Of a DNA stretch of 64,000 nt, positions 24,760 to 33,752 are shown in pieces. Below the pieces are notes generated by a model. The model did no database searches. It saw only the letters and a program-made list of their open reading frames with translations, and was not told the origin of the DNA. Origin of the DNA: Patescibacteria group bacterium (lineage in GTDB: Bacteria > Patescibacteriota > Patescibacteriia > PEXW01). The stretch is taken from the NCBI GenBank assembly GCA_041671325.1, contig JBAZBR010000001.1:25771-89770 (forward strand), written 5' to 3'. The position numbers were made by a program, and so were the translations under genes. The first letter of the stretch is position 1. Each line of letters starts with the position of its first letter.

Positions 24760-27123
24760 ATGAAGCTTTATTTAAAGCTAATTTTTCCCGCCATAATAAT
24801 TTGCGCGGTGGTTTTATTTTTTCCAAAAAATTCCCAGGCAGCTTATGGCGATACCTCGACTTTTTTAGGCAAAATCTATGCCGGGGATGGCTTGACCCGG
24901 ACTCAGGCTTTATTGGATTTTTGCGAAGACGTGGAAATTACGGCTGATGGCACTTTTTATATTGCCGACACCTATAATAACGTCATCCGTAAAGTTACGC
25001 CCGCTGGCCTGGTCTCAACTTACGCCGGCACAGGCGAATACGCCAAAAGGGATGGCGTGGCCAGCCAAGCGGCGTTTGCCTTGCCCAGGGGCTTGGATAT
25101 GGACTCGGACGGGAATTTATACGTAGCTGATTCCGGCAATAATCGGATCAGGAAAATCAAGACCAATGGCACAGTCTCTACTATAGTTTCCAAAGGCTTG
25201 GATTCGCCCCAAGGCGTTCTAGTTATTGGCAGCACTTTGTACATTGCGGATTATAATCATAACGCAATCAAGAAAGTTAGCGTGAATGGCGGGATTTTAT
25301 CTTTGGTTTCCAATAACGTCAAAAAACCAAAAAAGCTTGAAAAATCTGCTGACGAAAATTACCTTTACGTGGCTAATAGCGGAACTTATCAAGTTTTAAA
25401 AGTGGGTATTGCAAATGGTTCAGCTGAAATAATTGCAGGTTCAGGCAGTGCTGGTTATTGGGAAGGTATCGGCCAAGAAGCGCAATTCCGGAATATTTAT
25501 GGGGTTACCAGGGCTGGGGACAAGCTTTATGTTTCTGATGGTGATGGGCTGACAGATTATGTCAGGTCAATTGATTTGAATACCAGGCAAACCGCTTTAT
25601 TAGCTTCAGACTCAAAAATGCTTGATATAAATTTTCCCATGGGTTTGAGGGTTTATGGCGATTATGTTTATGTAGCCAATGCCGGCATTGGCACTATCCA
25701 TCGGTTTAGCAAGACTGACCCAGGAAATGACAATGAGATTTGGGTCGGATCGACTCGTTTTGGCGATGCTTATGGGGCGAAAGCGAACGTGCTATTAGGC
25801 CGGCCTTCTGCCATGGCCATTACCAAGGATGGTTCAATAATGTATGCGGCAGAGAATAACCATATTATTAAGATCCTCATGTCTACCGGTGAAACTACGA
25901 ATGTGATAGGGGATGTCATTGACGGCTATGGCGAGGGTCCTTATAACCAAGCCAGCCCTAAAGTCAGGTTTAGCACCGTAGGTTCAATCTTATTAAGTCC
26001 AGATGAAAGTTTGTTATATGTGGTTGACCGGTGGAATAACCGCATCCGCCAAGTGACTTTGACTGGCACGCCAACCGCCTCATTAATCACTGGAGCGGGC
26101 TTGACCAATTCTAATGGCAGCATGAATAATGGGTTGCGGGATGGCGCTAAATGCGTGACTGAAAGTTTAGCCCAAGCTGGCTGTGCTTATTTCCGCGGAC
26201 CCAGGGGCAGCGCGCTTTCGCCTGATGGTAGCACTTTGTACGTAGCTGACACTGGTAATAATGCCATCCGTACAGTCAGGCTGTCAGACGGCCAAGTTAC
26301 AACCTTGGCGGGTTCAACAACTTCAGGTTTTGCTGATGGTACAGGTACTTCAGCCAAGTTTAATTCCCCAGTTCATTTGGCTATCAGTGAAGATGGCGCC
26401 ACTTTATTCGTGGCAGACATGCGGAATTATAAAATCCGGGCGATTAATACTTCAACTACACAAGTGACCACCCTGGCTGGTTCAAGGCAAAGTGTGGGCG
26501 AAGGCATCGGTTCGGAAGCGGCTTTCTCCATGCCAATCGGTTTGGCCATGGGCCCAAGTAATATGTTATACATTGCCGACAATGGTTCAAGTAATATTTA
26601 CGTGGCAAATACCAAGACCAAATTAGTCACTTTGGTGGCTGGCTCAACAACTAGAGGGTATAAGGATGGCGCGAGGTTACAAGCGGCCTTTAATGATTTG
26701 ACTAGTTTAACCGTGAGTCCGGATGGCCAGACTTTATACGTAGCTGACAGCTGGAATGATGTCATCCGGGCTGTGGATATTGTGGGCGGGCCGAAATTCA
26801 GCCAACCAGGACCGGTTTATTCCAGATTCATGGTAGCAAAATTAAAACAGGCTAAAAGTTCAAACCAGACGGCTTATTTGGACATATATGGCAAGAATTT
26901 CCGGAATGGGGCAGTGGCGACAATTGGGAAATATAAACTGAAAACCTTTGTGAAAAAAAGCACCAACATCAATATGATTATCCCGTGGGGCAAGATGCAG
27001 CCTGGTTATTATGACGTTAAAATCCGGAACCGAGATTCCCAGCAAATTATTAAAAAATCCGCTTTTGCCATCACTGACAGCAAAGGCAATATTCCAAAAA
27101 AGTATTTTCGGATAAGTAACTGA
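24760..27123 (+). CDS. secreted NHL-repeat beta-propeller protein with C-terminal IPT/TIG-like domain
   Basis: Signal peptide; at least 9 repeats of Y(I/V)AD..NN.IRK(V/I) type. Confidence 0.75.
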   Translation: MKLYLKLIFPAIIICAVVLFFPKNSQAAYGDTSTFLGKIYAGDGLTRTQALLDFCEDVEITADGTFYIADTYNNVIRKVTPAGLVSTYAGTGEYAKRDGVASQAAFALPRGLDMDSDGNLYVADSGNNRIRKIKTNGTVSTIVSKGLDSPQGVLVIGSTLYIADYNHNAIKKVSVNGGILSLVSNNVKKPKKLEKSADENYLYVANSGTYQVLKVGIANGSAEIIAGSGSAGYWEGIGQEAQFRNIYGVTRAGDKLYVSDGDGLTDYVRSIDLNTRQTALLASDSKMLDINFPMGLRVYGDYVYVANAGIGTIHRFSKTDPGNDNEIWVGSTRFGDAYGAKANVLLGRPSAMAITKDGSIMYAAENNHIIKILMSTGETTNVIGDVIDGYGEGPYNQASPKVRFSTVGSILLSPDESLLYVVDRWNNRIRQVTLTGTPTASLITGAGLTNSNGSMNNGLRDGAKCVTESLAQAGCAYFRGPRGSALSPDGSTLYVADTGNNAIRTVRLSDGQVTTLAGSTTSGFADGTGTSAKFNSPVHLAISEDGATLFVADMRNYKIRAINTSTTQVTTLAGSRQSVGEGIGSEAAFSMPIGLAMGPSNMLYIADNGSSNIYVANTKTKLVTLVAGSTTRGYKDGARLQAAFNDLTSLTVSPDGQTLYVADSWNDVIRAVDIVGGPKFSQPGPVYSRFMVAKLKQAKSSNQTAYLDIYGKNFRNGAVATIGKYKLKTFVKKSTNINMIIPWGKMQPGYYDVKIRNRDSQQIIKKSAFAITDSKGNIPKKYFRISN
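27094..27119 (+). repeat. 26-bp direct repeat DR1 (CCAAAAAAGTATTTTCGGATAAGTAA), last codons of the NHL gene
   Basis: Identical copy at 27501-27526. Confidence 0.85.
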
Positions 27124-27136
27124 TTTAACGACAAAG

Positions 27137-27165
27137 CAAAAACCACCCAAAGATTCGGGTGGTTT
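27137..27165. terminator. AAAAACCACCC-aaagattc-GGGTGGTTTT hairpin
   Basis: Bidirectional terminator between convergent genes. Confidence 0.65.
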
Positions 27166-27170
27166 TAAAA

Positions 27171-27431
27171 TTAACTTTCGGAAGGAGCGGGGAATAAAGT
27201 GGGAAGTTCAGGAATGGAAGGGTTATTCAATATCGCTCCCATTTGTTCGGCCAAAGTAGTGTATTCGCTTGGCTCATTTCCATATCTAGCCAGGACTTGG
27301 CTAATTTGGCTCTTGGGACAGAGATAAAGATCTGCTTGTTTACCATTTGGTGCCTGGATTGTCATTTGGTAAGAGCATTCTTGGCAGTCGTGCTTAAAAA
27401 CCGGACCTGGAACGACTGTATATACCATCAT
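27171..27431 (-). CDS. hypothetical 86-aa protein inside a direct-repeat-flanked cassette
   Basis: RBS AAGGAGGTA before ATGATG; own TTGACG-17-TAATAT promoter at about 27445-27475; two CxxC-like pairs (CQEC, LCPK). Confidence 0.55.
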   Translation of the reverse strand: MMVYTVVPGPVFKHDCQECSYQMTIQAPNGKQADLYLCPKSQISQVLARYGNEPSEYTTLAEQMGAILNNPSIPELPTLFPAPSES

Positions 27432-27500
27432 TACCTCCTTGATTTTGAAGTGAAGTGATATTATTTCTTTTATATTGAACCGTCAACTCTAGACATTAGT

Positions 27501-27526
27501 AAAAACCCCAAAAAAGTATTTTCGGA
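27501..27526 (+). repeat. 26-bp direct repeat DR2
   Basis: Identical to 27094-27119. Confidence 0.85.
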
Positions 27527-27542
27527 TAAGTAATAGTTTAAT

Positions 27543-27563
27543 TGGCGGACCCGAAGGGAATCG
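27543..27563 (-). repeat. 21-nt copy of the tRNA-Asp 3' end (att-like remnant)
   Basis: TGGCGGACCCGAAGGGAATCG identical to 27809-27829. Confidence 0.7.
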
Positions 27564-27700
27564 CGTCCTGGGCAGCGGTGAATGCTACGCTTGCTCGCAT
27601 TCACCGGCGCTCTTCCAACGTATTGTCGGAATCGCTGCTGCCCTTCGATTCCTTTTGTATCTAAAAATATCGTCATCACATAAAGTGCTGCCGAAATTTT

Positions 27701-27742
27701 TGGCGGACCCGAAGGGAATCGAACCCTCGGTCTCCTCCGTGA
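27701..27742 (-). repeat. 42-nt copy of the tRNA-Asp 3' half (anticodon-stem 3' side through CCA)
   Basis: Identical to 27809-27850; no matching 5' acceptor strand, so not a functional tRNA. Confidence 0.75.
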
Positions 27743-27808
27743 TCCTGTACCATGTCGCTTCGCTCCAGATACAGGACAGACAGGTAGGTGGAGTGCAGCG
27801 CTGTCGGT

Positions 27809-27884
27809 TGGCGGACCCGAAGGGAATCGAACCCTCGGTCTCCTCCGTGACAGGGAGGCGTGTTAACCGCTACACTACGGGTCC
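27809..27884 (-). tRNA. trnD: tRNA-Asp (GUC), CCA encoded
   Basis: Reverse complement GGACCCGTAGTGTAGCGGTTAACACGCCTCCCTGTCACGGAGGAGACCGAGGGTTCGATTCCCTTCGGGTCCGCCA folds as cloverleaf with anticodon loop CUGUCAC; flanked by 13-bp inverted repeats (27796-27808 / 27885-27897). Confidence 0.85.
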
Positions 27885-27956
27885 AACCGACAGCGCTTCA
27901 AACTTTTTGGCGTGCTTGCCCCGTACCATCCGAGTATCAACGAGGATTGGTGCGGG

Positions 27957-27979
27957 GTTAACCGCTACACTACGGGTCC
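27957..27979 (-). repeat. 23-nt copy of the tRNA-Asp 5' portion (acceptor through D-arm)
   Basis: GTTAACCGCTACACTACGGGTCC identical to 27862-27884. Confidence 0.65.
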
Positions 27980-28006
27980 ACTAAGTCAATTGCACTCGCG
28001 ATTGTA

Positions 28007-30100
28007 TCACGGCATTTTGTTTGTGCCAAGCTGACTTTTTGTTCTAATTTTATTGGCAATTCCTAACATTAACAAAAATAGCACAGAAATTGAACTAACT
28101 ATAATTCCCAAACAAAAACTTTTGGGGCTGTATTTGAATTCAATTTGGTGTTCACCTGCGGGGATTGGACTGCCTAGAAATGCATGGTTGACTTGCAAAG
28201 CCGTGGCTGGTTTTCTATCAATAAAAACCTGCCAACCTGGGTAAAACTGCAAATTGGTAACCAAGGCTGAATTGCCAGAACTGGTGGTTTGGAGGTTCAA
28301 GTAATTATTTGATTGCCCGATAATTTTTATTTCTGCCTGTGCCGCCCCGTCGATTTGAGGCAAGTCGCCAATTATTAGAGCCTCAATATCGGGATTAATA
28401 TTTGGCAAATCGCTTGGTGAATTTTCCGGGATTAATTTATTGACTGCATGGATGGCTGGTCTAATGTTGTTATTTTCCGCCAAAGTCCAGTCTTGCCAAG
28501 CCAAAATTGGCTGCCAGTTTTCAGGTAAGGGCTTATTAGTCAGCATTAAGGAAGCGCCAGTGACCTTTAACAATTTTTCATTGACTTCTTTAGCATGAAG
28601 CTGATTGGGTTTGATGACCTGGCTATTCGCCTGCCAAAGCTCAAGGTAGGTTTTGGGATAAACCGAATCATAACCTAAGATTATAGGGATGTCATAAGGC
28701 ATGTATTGGTCCAAGCCGCTGTCTTTTGGCCAAAGCCTGGTATTTTTACTCAGGTTTTGGATTTGGGCAATAAAATTCGTTTGCGGGTAGAGCGTGTTTC
28801 TATCCTTAAACGGCAGGATATGTTGCCATTGCCAAACGCCTAATATGATCGTGGCAATTATTAAAAGGGGATTAAGGATTTTTTTATTGTAGGTCTGAAC
28901 TGCTTCAGAGCCTAAGCCCGCCAAAAGACTTAAAGCAAAAAGCATTAAAACGCTAAAACGCCAGACAGAAACGGTGGATAACCAGGGGAAGATTTTGTCA
29001 AAAACCTCTTTTATACTCGGGAAGATTAGGGAAATAAAAATTACTATGGCGACTGCCGCATTCAAAAGCCAAATTTTTTTTCGCCAATAATAAAAGGAAA
29101 AAATCACCAACAAGAGGGCGATTGGCCCGACATAAACCGTGGTTTCCGTATAATCAGTTTGGCTTTTGGTGTTATTGCCCAGGCCATTGATTTTTGGGTC
29201 AAGGATGGTGCTAAAGGCCTGGAAATTCTTTTTTTCAAAATGCAATAAATTTTTTGGATTTAAAACCTGGCTCCAAGTATTATCCTTGGTTTCCCGATAG
29301 CTGTATTTTATGGCTTCCAAATTGGGAATTATTTGTACAGCGCTTAAACCCAAACCCAAAATTAATGCGATCAAAACCAGCCAAATTCTTTTTTTTAAGT
29401 TAGTTTTTTGGAAAAACACCATTAGCCAGATAATGCTTAAACCAAAGCAAAAAATTGCGTACTGGAAGTGCCCGCTTAAAAAAACGAAAGCAATAAACAT
29501 GCTGGTTAAAAGCAGCCATTTTATTTTCAGGGTTTTTTGCAGATTGTAAATGGCATAAAGCAGCCAGGGCAGCCAAGCAATAACACTGCTCATGTGGTCC
29601 AGAGTGCTGCGAAGCAAGAATTGGGAGCTTAAAACCAAGACCAAAGCCGAAATTAAAGCCGAGGTAAATTTCCAGCCTAAAGCTCGGCCTAAAGCAAACA
29701 TGCCCAGGCCAGCGACCAGAAATTGCAAAAGTAGGGTGATGATAAAGCTGGTGTAGGCGTCCAACCACCAAAAAGGCAATTTAATTGGCGACAAAACCGC
29801 TGATTGGCCATTGGCAAAAAAAGGCGTGCCCGCAAAAATTAAATTATTCCAAAAAGGGAAATGGCCTTTTTGGATTTGTTCAGCGGCGAATTTATGGTAG
29901 GGATAACCCTGGACCAGGCTATCCCGCAATAAAGAAATGTCACCAGCGGATTTTTCCAATGGCATTATTTGCCCGAGGGTTTGGGTGGCAAAGGGTGTTT
30001 GATTTTTAAAAATGGGGGCGAACAAAAACAAAGTGACACCGGAAATAATTAATCCGGCCCAAAGCCATTGGAGCTTATTATTTGTCAGGGCAGATGACAT
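28007..30100 (-). CDS. large polytopic membrane protein, YfhO/GT-C-like (697 aa)
   Basis: About 14 TM helices plus C-terminal extracytoplasmic domain; architecture of YfhO-family glycosyltransferase-like proteins. Confidence 0.55.
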   Translation of the reverse strand: MSSALTNNKLQWLWAGLIISGVTLFLFAPIFKNQTPFATQTLGQIMPLEKSAGDISLLRDSLVQGYPYHKFAAEQIQKGHFPFWNNLIFAGTPFFANGQSAVLSPIKLPFWWLDAYTSFIITLLLQFLVAGLGMFALGRALGWKFTSALISALVLVLSSQFLLRSTLDHMSSVIAWLPWLLYAIYNLQKTLKIKWLLLTSMFIAFVFLSGHFQYAIFCFGLSIIWLMVFFQKTNLKKRIWLVLIALILGLGLSAVQIIPNLEAIKYSYRETKDNTWSQVLNPKNLLHFEKKNFQAFSTILDPKINGLGNNTKSQTDYTETTVYVGPIALLLVIFSFYYWRKKIWLLNAAVAIVIFISLIFPSIKEVFDKIFPWLSTVSVWRFSVLMLFALSLLAGLGSEAVQTYNKKILNPLLIIATIILGVWQWQHILPFKDRNTLYPQTNFIAQIQNLSKNTRLWPKDSGLDQYMPYDIPIILGYDSVYPKTYLELWQANSQVIKPNQLHAKEVNEKLLKVTGASLMLTNKPLPENWQPILAWQDWTLAENNNIRPAIHAVNKLIPENSPSDLPNINPDIEALIIGDLPQIDGAAQAEIKIIGQSNNYLNLQTTSSGNSALVTNLQFYPGWQVFIDRKPATALQVNHAFLGSPIPAGEHQIEFKYSPKSFCLGIIVSSISVLFLLMLGIANKIRTKSQLGTNKMP

Positions 30101-30146
30101 TAAGGTCGCAGAAATAAAGAATTGGATTTATTAGTACAAAATTTTT

Positions 30147-31751
30147 TTAAGGAATTTTTACTAAATGGTAATCAAGGGATTCAAGTATGGTTTGGCCAAT
30201 AACCTGGTTTTTTTTGTCTTTTTTGATTTCCAAAGCCACTTCGCCAGGCTGTAAAAGGTTAGGGGATTTCAAATACTCAAATTTGGTATTTTCCAAATTG
30301 CCCAGATAATACCTGATAGTCGGTTCATGGCCGACATAAATGCGGTAAAGGAAAAGCTTAGGCGTTGGATTTTTTTGCAAGTAGTCACGCATTTGGGGCA
30401 GGACCGGATCCCCGGTTTTTTCTTTAAAACCATAAATCTGGCCAATTATGGCTGCACCTAGAATACCGACAAAAACCAAGCTAAGAAGGCTCAGCCATAA
30501 TTTTTTTAATTGGTATTTTCTGACCAGCCAATAAAAAATTATAAAAATCAGGGCAAAGATAAAAGCTAAAAGCAAGCGCGACAATTGCGCATTGTTTTTG
30601 AATAAATAACTATTAACAATCAAATCTTTTATTGAGCCTTGCTTGTCAATCTTGTTTAAGATCAGTGGCAGCTGACGCAAAAAAATCAGCAAACCGCCGC
30701 CTAATAAAATAAAATCAAATAGTTTAATCGGAAATTTTTTAAGGTTGTATATCCAGGCGCCGATTATTAAAGCCAAAAAGGGGTAAAGCGGCAATAGATA
30801 CCAGTTGGTTTTGCTGGCATTCAAGCTTAAAATCACCGCTGTTTCTACCAGGAAGATCAGCCACAAGAAATAGAGCTGATTTTTTTCTTTCCAAGTTTTC
30901 CAAGAAATCCAAATAATGGCTGGCAAAGAAAAACAAGCCCAAGGGAAAAAGCGAGACATGAAATTGCCCAAATAAGTTGTAACACCGGAATCGTTAATAT
31001 AAAGGTTTGTAGTGGCCCTAGTCCAAATATCCTCACTGATATATTCATTAATAAAGTTTCCACCCCTTAAAATTATCTGGCTGATAAACCAGGCACCGAA
31101 AATCCCTATGCCAATACCAAGGGCAATTAGCCATTGTTTTTTGGAATAATTCTTGAATTTCTTAGTAAAAAGCAGGTGCAGAAAAATTGCCAAACCCGCA
31201 AAGACCGCAGCTGAAAATTTGGTTAAAACCGCCAAAGTCAAAGCCGAACTTGTCCAATATAATAATTTTGGCTTGGTCCAGCTTTGCCAATACAGCCAAA
31301 GCGAAAGAAGTAAAAGAAATACCAACAAACCATCGGTTTCTCCAGTTCGAAAAGCATGATAAAAAATAAAACGGCCGGTTAAAAAAATTCCAGCCGAAAG
31401 CCAGACAATCGGGATTTTTTTAAAGGCTTGCCAGGCCCACCAGGCAATAAGCAGGGTAGTCAAAACTCCGGCAGTGGCTGACCAAAAACGGATTGTGAAT
31501 TCATTTTCCCCAAAAATTCCCGAGGCCATGCCTTGCAGCCAAAAACGCAATGGCGGTTTGCGATAGTAAGGTTGGTCGTCCCAAGTCAATTCCAGCCAAT
31601 TGCCGGATTTCAGCATTTCATGCGTGACTTCGGCGTGGATGGCTTCATCCCATTTTTCCAATGGGTATTTGCCAAGATTCCAAAAGAAAACAAACAGCGC
31701 TAAAGCGGCAATCGCTAAAAATGAAAACAGGAGTTTTTTTGAATCAGGCAT
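30147..31751 (-). CDS. GT-C glycosyltransferase of ArnT/PMT family (GT39/GT83-like)
   Basis: N-terminal motif WDEAIHAEVTHEMLKSGNW...YYRKPPL typical of COG1807. Confidence 0.7.
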   Translation of the reverse strand: MPDSKKLLFSFLAIAALALFVFFWNLGKYPLEKWDEAIHAEVTHEMLKSGNWLELTWDDQPYYRKPPLRFWLQGMASGIFGENEFTIRFWSATAGVLTTLLIAWWAWQAFKKIPIVWLSAGIFLTGRFIFYHAFRTGETDGLLVFLLLLSLWLYWQSWTKPKLLYWTSSALTLAVLTKFSAAVFAGLAIFLHLLFTKKFKNYSKKQWLIALGIGIGIFGAWFISQIILRGGNFINEYISEDIWTRATTNLYINDSGVTTYLGNFMSRFFPWACFSLPAIIWISWKTWKEKNQLYFLWLIFLVETAVILSLNASKTNWYLLPLYPFLALIIGAWIYNLKKFPIKLFDFILLGGGLLIFLRQLPLILNKIDKQGSIKDLIVNSYLFKNNAQLSRLLLAFIFALIFIIFYWLVRKYQLKKLWLSLLSLVFVGILGAAIIGQIYGFKEKTGDPVLPQMRDYLQKNPTPKLFLYRIYVGHEPTIRYYLGNLENTKFEYLKSPNLLQPGEVALEIKKDKKNQVIGQTILESLDYHLVKIP

Positions 31752-31882
31752 GGCATTATACTACCAAAATTGCGCTAATTCGCCCAGTAAAATTGTTGAT
31801 AAAATTTAAAAAATCAGACTGTAGCGAAGAAACCAAAGCAAAAAACTTACTTCAGTTGAAATTAAGTAATTGGTTTTAAACT

Positions 31883-32224
31883 TTATTTAATTTTTTCGAT
31901 GATTTTTTTGAAGAGTTCTGGGTGGAATTCCGCTAATTGGGCCAGGATTTTCCGGTCCAGTTCAACTTTGACCTTCTTCAGGCCGCCTAAAAGTTGACTG
32001 TAATTCAGGTTGTTTTGCCGTGCAGCCGCGTTGATTTTAATTTGCCAAAGCCTGCGGCTATCGCGTTTTTTCAAACGTCGGTGGATATAGGCATAACGGC
32101 CAGCTTTGCGGACGGCTACCTTAGCTAATTTGACGCTGGATTTCCTTTTCCAACGATAACCCTTAGCTCTTTCCAAGAGGTTTTTTCGGTGCTTGATATG
32201 GCTGGTTCCACGTTTGACTCGCAT
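31883..32224 (-). CDS. rplT: 50S ribosomal protein L20
   Basis: MRVKRGTSHIKHRKNLLERAKGY... Confidence 0.95.
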   Translation of the reverse strand: MRVKRGTSHIKHRKNLLERAKGYRWKRKSSVKLAKVAVRKAGRYAYIHRRLKKRDSRRLWQIKINAAARQNNLNYSQLLGGLKKVKVELDRKILAQLAEFHPELFKKIIEKIK

Positions 32225-32227
32225 AGG

Positions 32228-32428
32228 TTATTTAGAATAAGGAGTTAAGGTCTTAATAGCCCTGATATTAGTTTTATGCGCGACAACATCCCGTCTCTTG
32301 TTGCGAGTGAGCTTTCCGGACTCGCGCGCATTAAAATGATCCTGGCCGGCTTTGCGCCTGAGGATTTTTGTCCCGCCTGAACGGCGAAAACGTTTTAGTG
32401 TTGCTTTGTGGGTTCGTAATTTTGGCAT
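32228..32428 (-). CDS. rpmI: 50S ribosomal protein L35
   Basis: MPKLRTHKATLKRFRRSGGTKILRRKAG... Confidence 0.95.
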   Translation of the reverse strand: MPKLRTHKATLKRFRRSGGTKILRRKAGQDHFNARESGKLTRNKRRDVVAHKTNIRAIKTLTPYSK

Positions 32429-32494
32429 ATCTAATGTGTGTTAAACTCTATCGGTTTTTTACCGACCCGTCAATACCCAAGCTTAAGTCCTAAA

Positions 32495-33007
32495 TTATTT
32501 CTTTTGCCTCAATAGTACAGTCAGCCTTCCGCCCATGGCGCTGACCGGGGAATCAACTACCACATTCTCGCCCAAACTGGCAACAAATTCATGGATAATC
32601 TTTTTCGCCAAGTCCATCCGGGCTCTTTCCCGGCCTCGCAGAATCATTTCCAGCTTGACCCGATCACCTTGTTCAAAAAATTTCATGGTCTGGTTTTTGC
32701 GCAATTCCAAATCATGGGCGCCAATTTTTAAGGAAAGCCTTAAGCCCTTGATTTCCGCAGTTTTTTGTTTGGCTTTTAGTTTACGTTCGGCTTTTTCTTG
32801 CTGGTATAGGTACGAACCCCAATTAATAATTTTGCAGATGGGCGGTTTGGCTACGGGGTTAACCTCAACTAGGTCTAATTCTTGTTCCTTGGCCAATTGT
32901 AAGGCCTGGAAAGTAGGCATTTGGCCCAAGAATCTGCCATCCGGCCCAATTACCTGGATTTCGGGCAGCCGGATTTGCTCGTTTATGCGGAATCTTTTAG
33001 TGCTTAT
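32495..33007 (-). CDS. infC: Translation initiation factor IF-3, probably with a non-AUG start (AUA/AUU)
   Basis: Reading frame stays open upstream of the first AUG (…INEQIRLPEIQVIGPDGRFLGQMPTF… aligns with the IF3 N-domain); AUA candidates at 33007 and 32986. Confidence 0.8.
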   Translation of the reverse strand: MSTKRFRINEQIRLPEIQVIGPDGRFLGQMPTFQALQLAKEQELDLVEVNPVAKPPICKIINWGSYLYQQEKAERKLKAKQKTAEIKGLRLSLKIGAHDLELRKNQTMKFFEQGDRVKLEMILRGRERARMDLAKKIIHEFVASLGENVVVDSPVSAMGGRLTVLLRQKK

Positions 33008-33039
33008 AAAATTAGTATTTTAGAGATGAGATAGGAGTA

Positions 33040-33048
33040 TTATAACAC
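33040..33048 (-). promoter_or_regulatory. Extended -10 TGTTATAAT promoter for infC-rpmI-rplT
   Basis: Same TGTTATAAT element as upstream of argS; about 30 nt before the infC start. Confidence 0.45.
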
Positions 33049-33095
33049 ACCAAAAACCCAACTAGGGGCCCCCAATTTTTAATCAAAAATTGGGG

Positions 33096-33377
33096 TAAGC
33101 GGCACGCTTATGATATTAGCCTCACGGATGTGGAGCGCACGACCCCGAGCACAGTCGAGGGGGAGGAGCACGCATCCGTGAGGAAAAGCGGCGCGTTTGT
33201 GAAACCCAAAACAAACTCATATTTTATGAGTCGGGGCCCCCATTTTATCAAAGATGAAATGGGGAAAGCGAGCTGCGCCTGGAACCTGGCTTCACGGATG
33301 TGGAGCGAACGAATCCCGTCATCCGACTGGATGAACTCCATGAGGAGCAAGTATAATGAAATCCCTGGCGGAACTGG
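33096..33377 (-). other. Structured noncoding region (11-bp-stem hairpin CCTCACGGATG...CATCCGTGAGG; duplicated 22-nt motif CACGGATGTGGAGCG(C/A)ACGA 170 nt apart); candidate ncRNA or 3' UTR
   Basis: 280 nt without credible ORF between the GIY-YIG gene and the infC promoter; terminator-like palindrome CCCAATTTTT-aatc-AAAAATTGGG at 33071-33094. Confidence 0.3.
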
Positions 33378-33620
33378 CTATTTATTTATTAAATGCTTGT
33401 TTCGAAAAGCAATACCCGACCCTGATTTAAGATATTTTTCAAACGTTAAAGCAATTTTATTTTTATCAAAAGCGCAATACCAAACAATTTTGACTGGTCG
33501 TTTTTTAGTAGTCGTTTGGCATTTACCCTGGTTATGGTCGACTAATCTTTGTTTTAGACTATCAGTTGAGCCCGTATAAAATTTGCCATTATTCAATTTT
33601 AAAATATAAACATAACGCAT
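33378..33620 (-). CDS. stand-alone GIY-YIG nuclease-domain protein (UPF0213/YhbQ-like)
   Basis: YVYILKLNNGKFYTGSTDSLKQRLVDHNQGK. Confidence 0.75.
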   Translation of the reverse strand: MRYVYILKLNNGKFYTGSTDSLKQRLVDHNQGKCQTTTKKRPVKIVWYCAFDKNKIALTFEKYLKSGSGIAFRNKHLINK

Positions 33621-33752
33621 ATATGTTTTTATTTAGGTCCTCCTTCGCCGAGGCTTCGGAGGACAGCCTTCGCCCTCGAAATAACATAATATATTCTAAC
33701 AAAAAGTTTATCAAGGATGGCCTGCCAGCCGAAGCCCCAACGGGGCGAAGGC

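Noticed and set aside
27543-27979. Possible CRISPR array (repeated about 21-42-nt units)
   Set aside because: Repeats are tRNA-Asp fragments of unequal length with irregular spacing (155 and 108 nt). No CRISPR repeat symmetry and no cas genes.
27655-27984. 109-aa plus-strand ORF with repeated ADPKGIEPSVSSV segments
   Set aside because: It is the translation of the antisense of tRNA-Asp and its duplicated fragments, not a gene.
33010-33377. Ribosomal protein L20 leader (infC autoregulatory RNA)
   Set aside because: An extended -10 promoter (TGTTATAAT, 33040-33048) and a terminator-like palindrome lie between this region and infC. The structured region is therefore upstream of the infC transcription start.
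33130-33579. 149-aa plus-strand ORF
   Set aside because: Antisense to the GIY-YIG gene and spanning the structured noncoding region. No SD; composition-driven.
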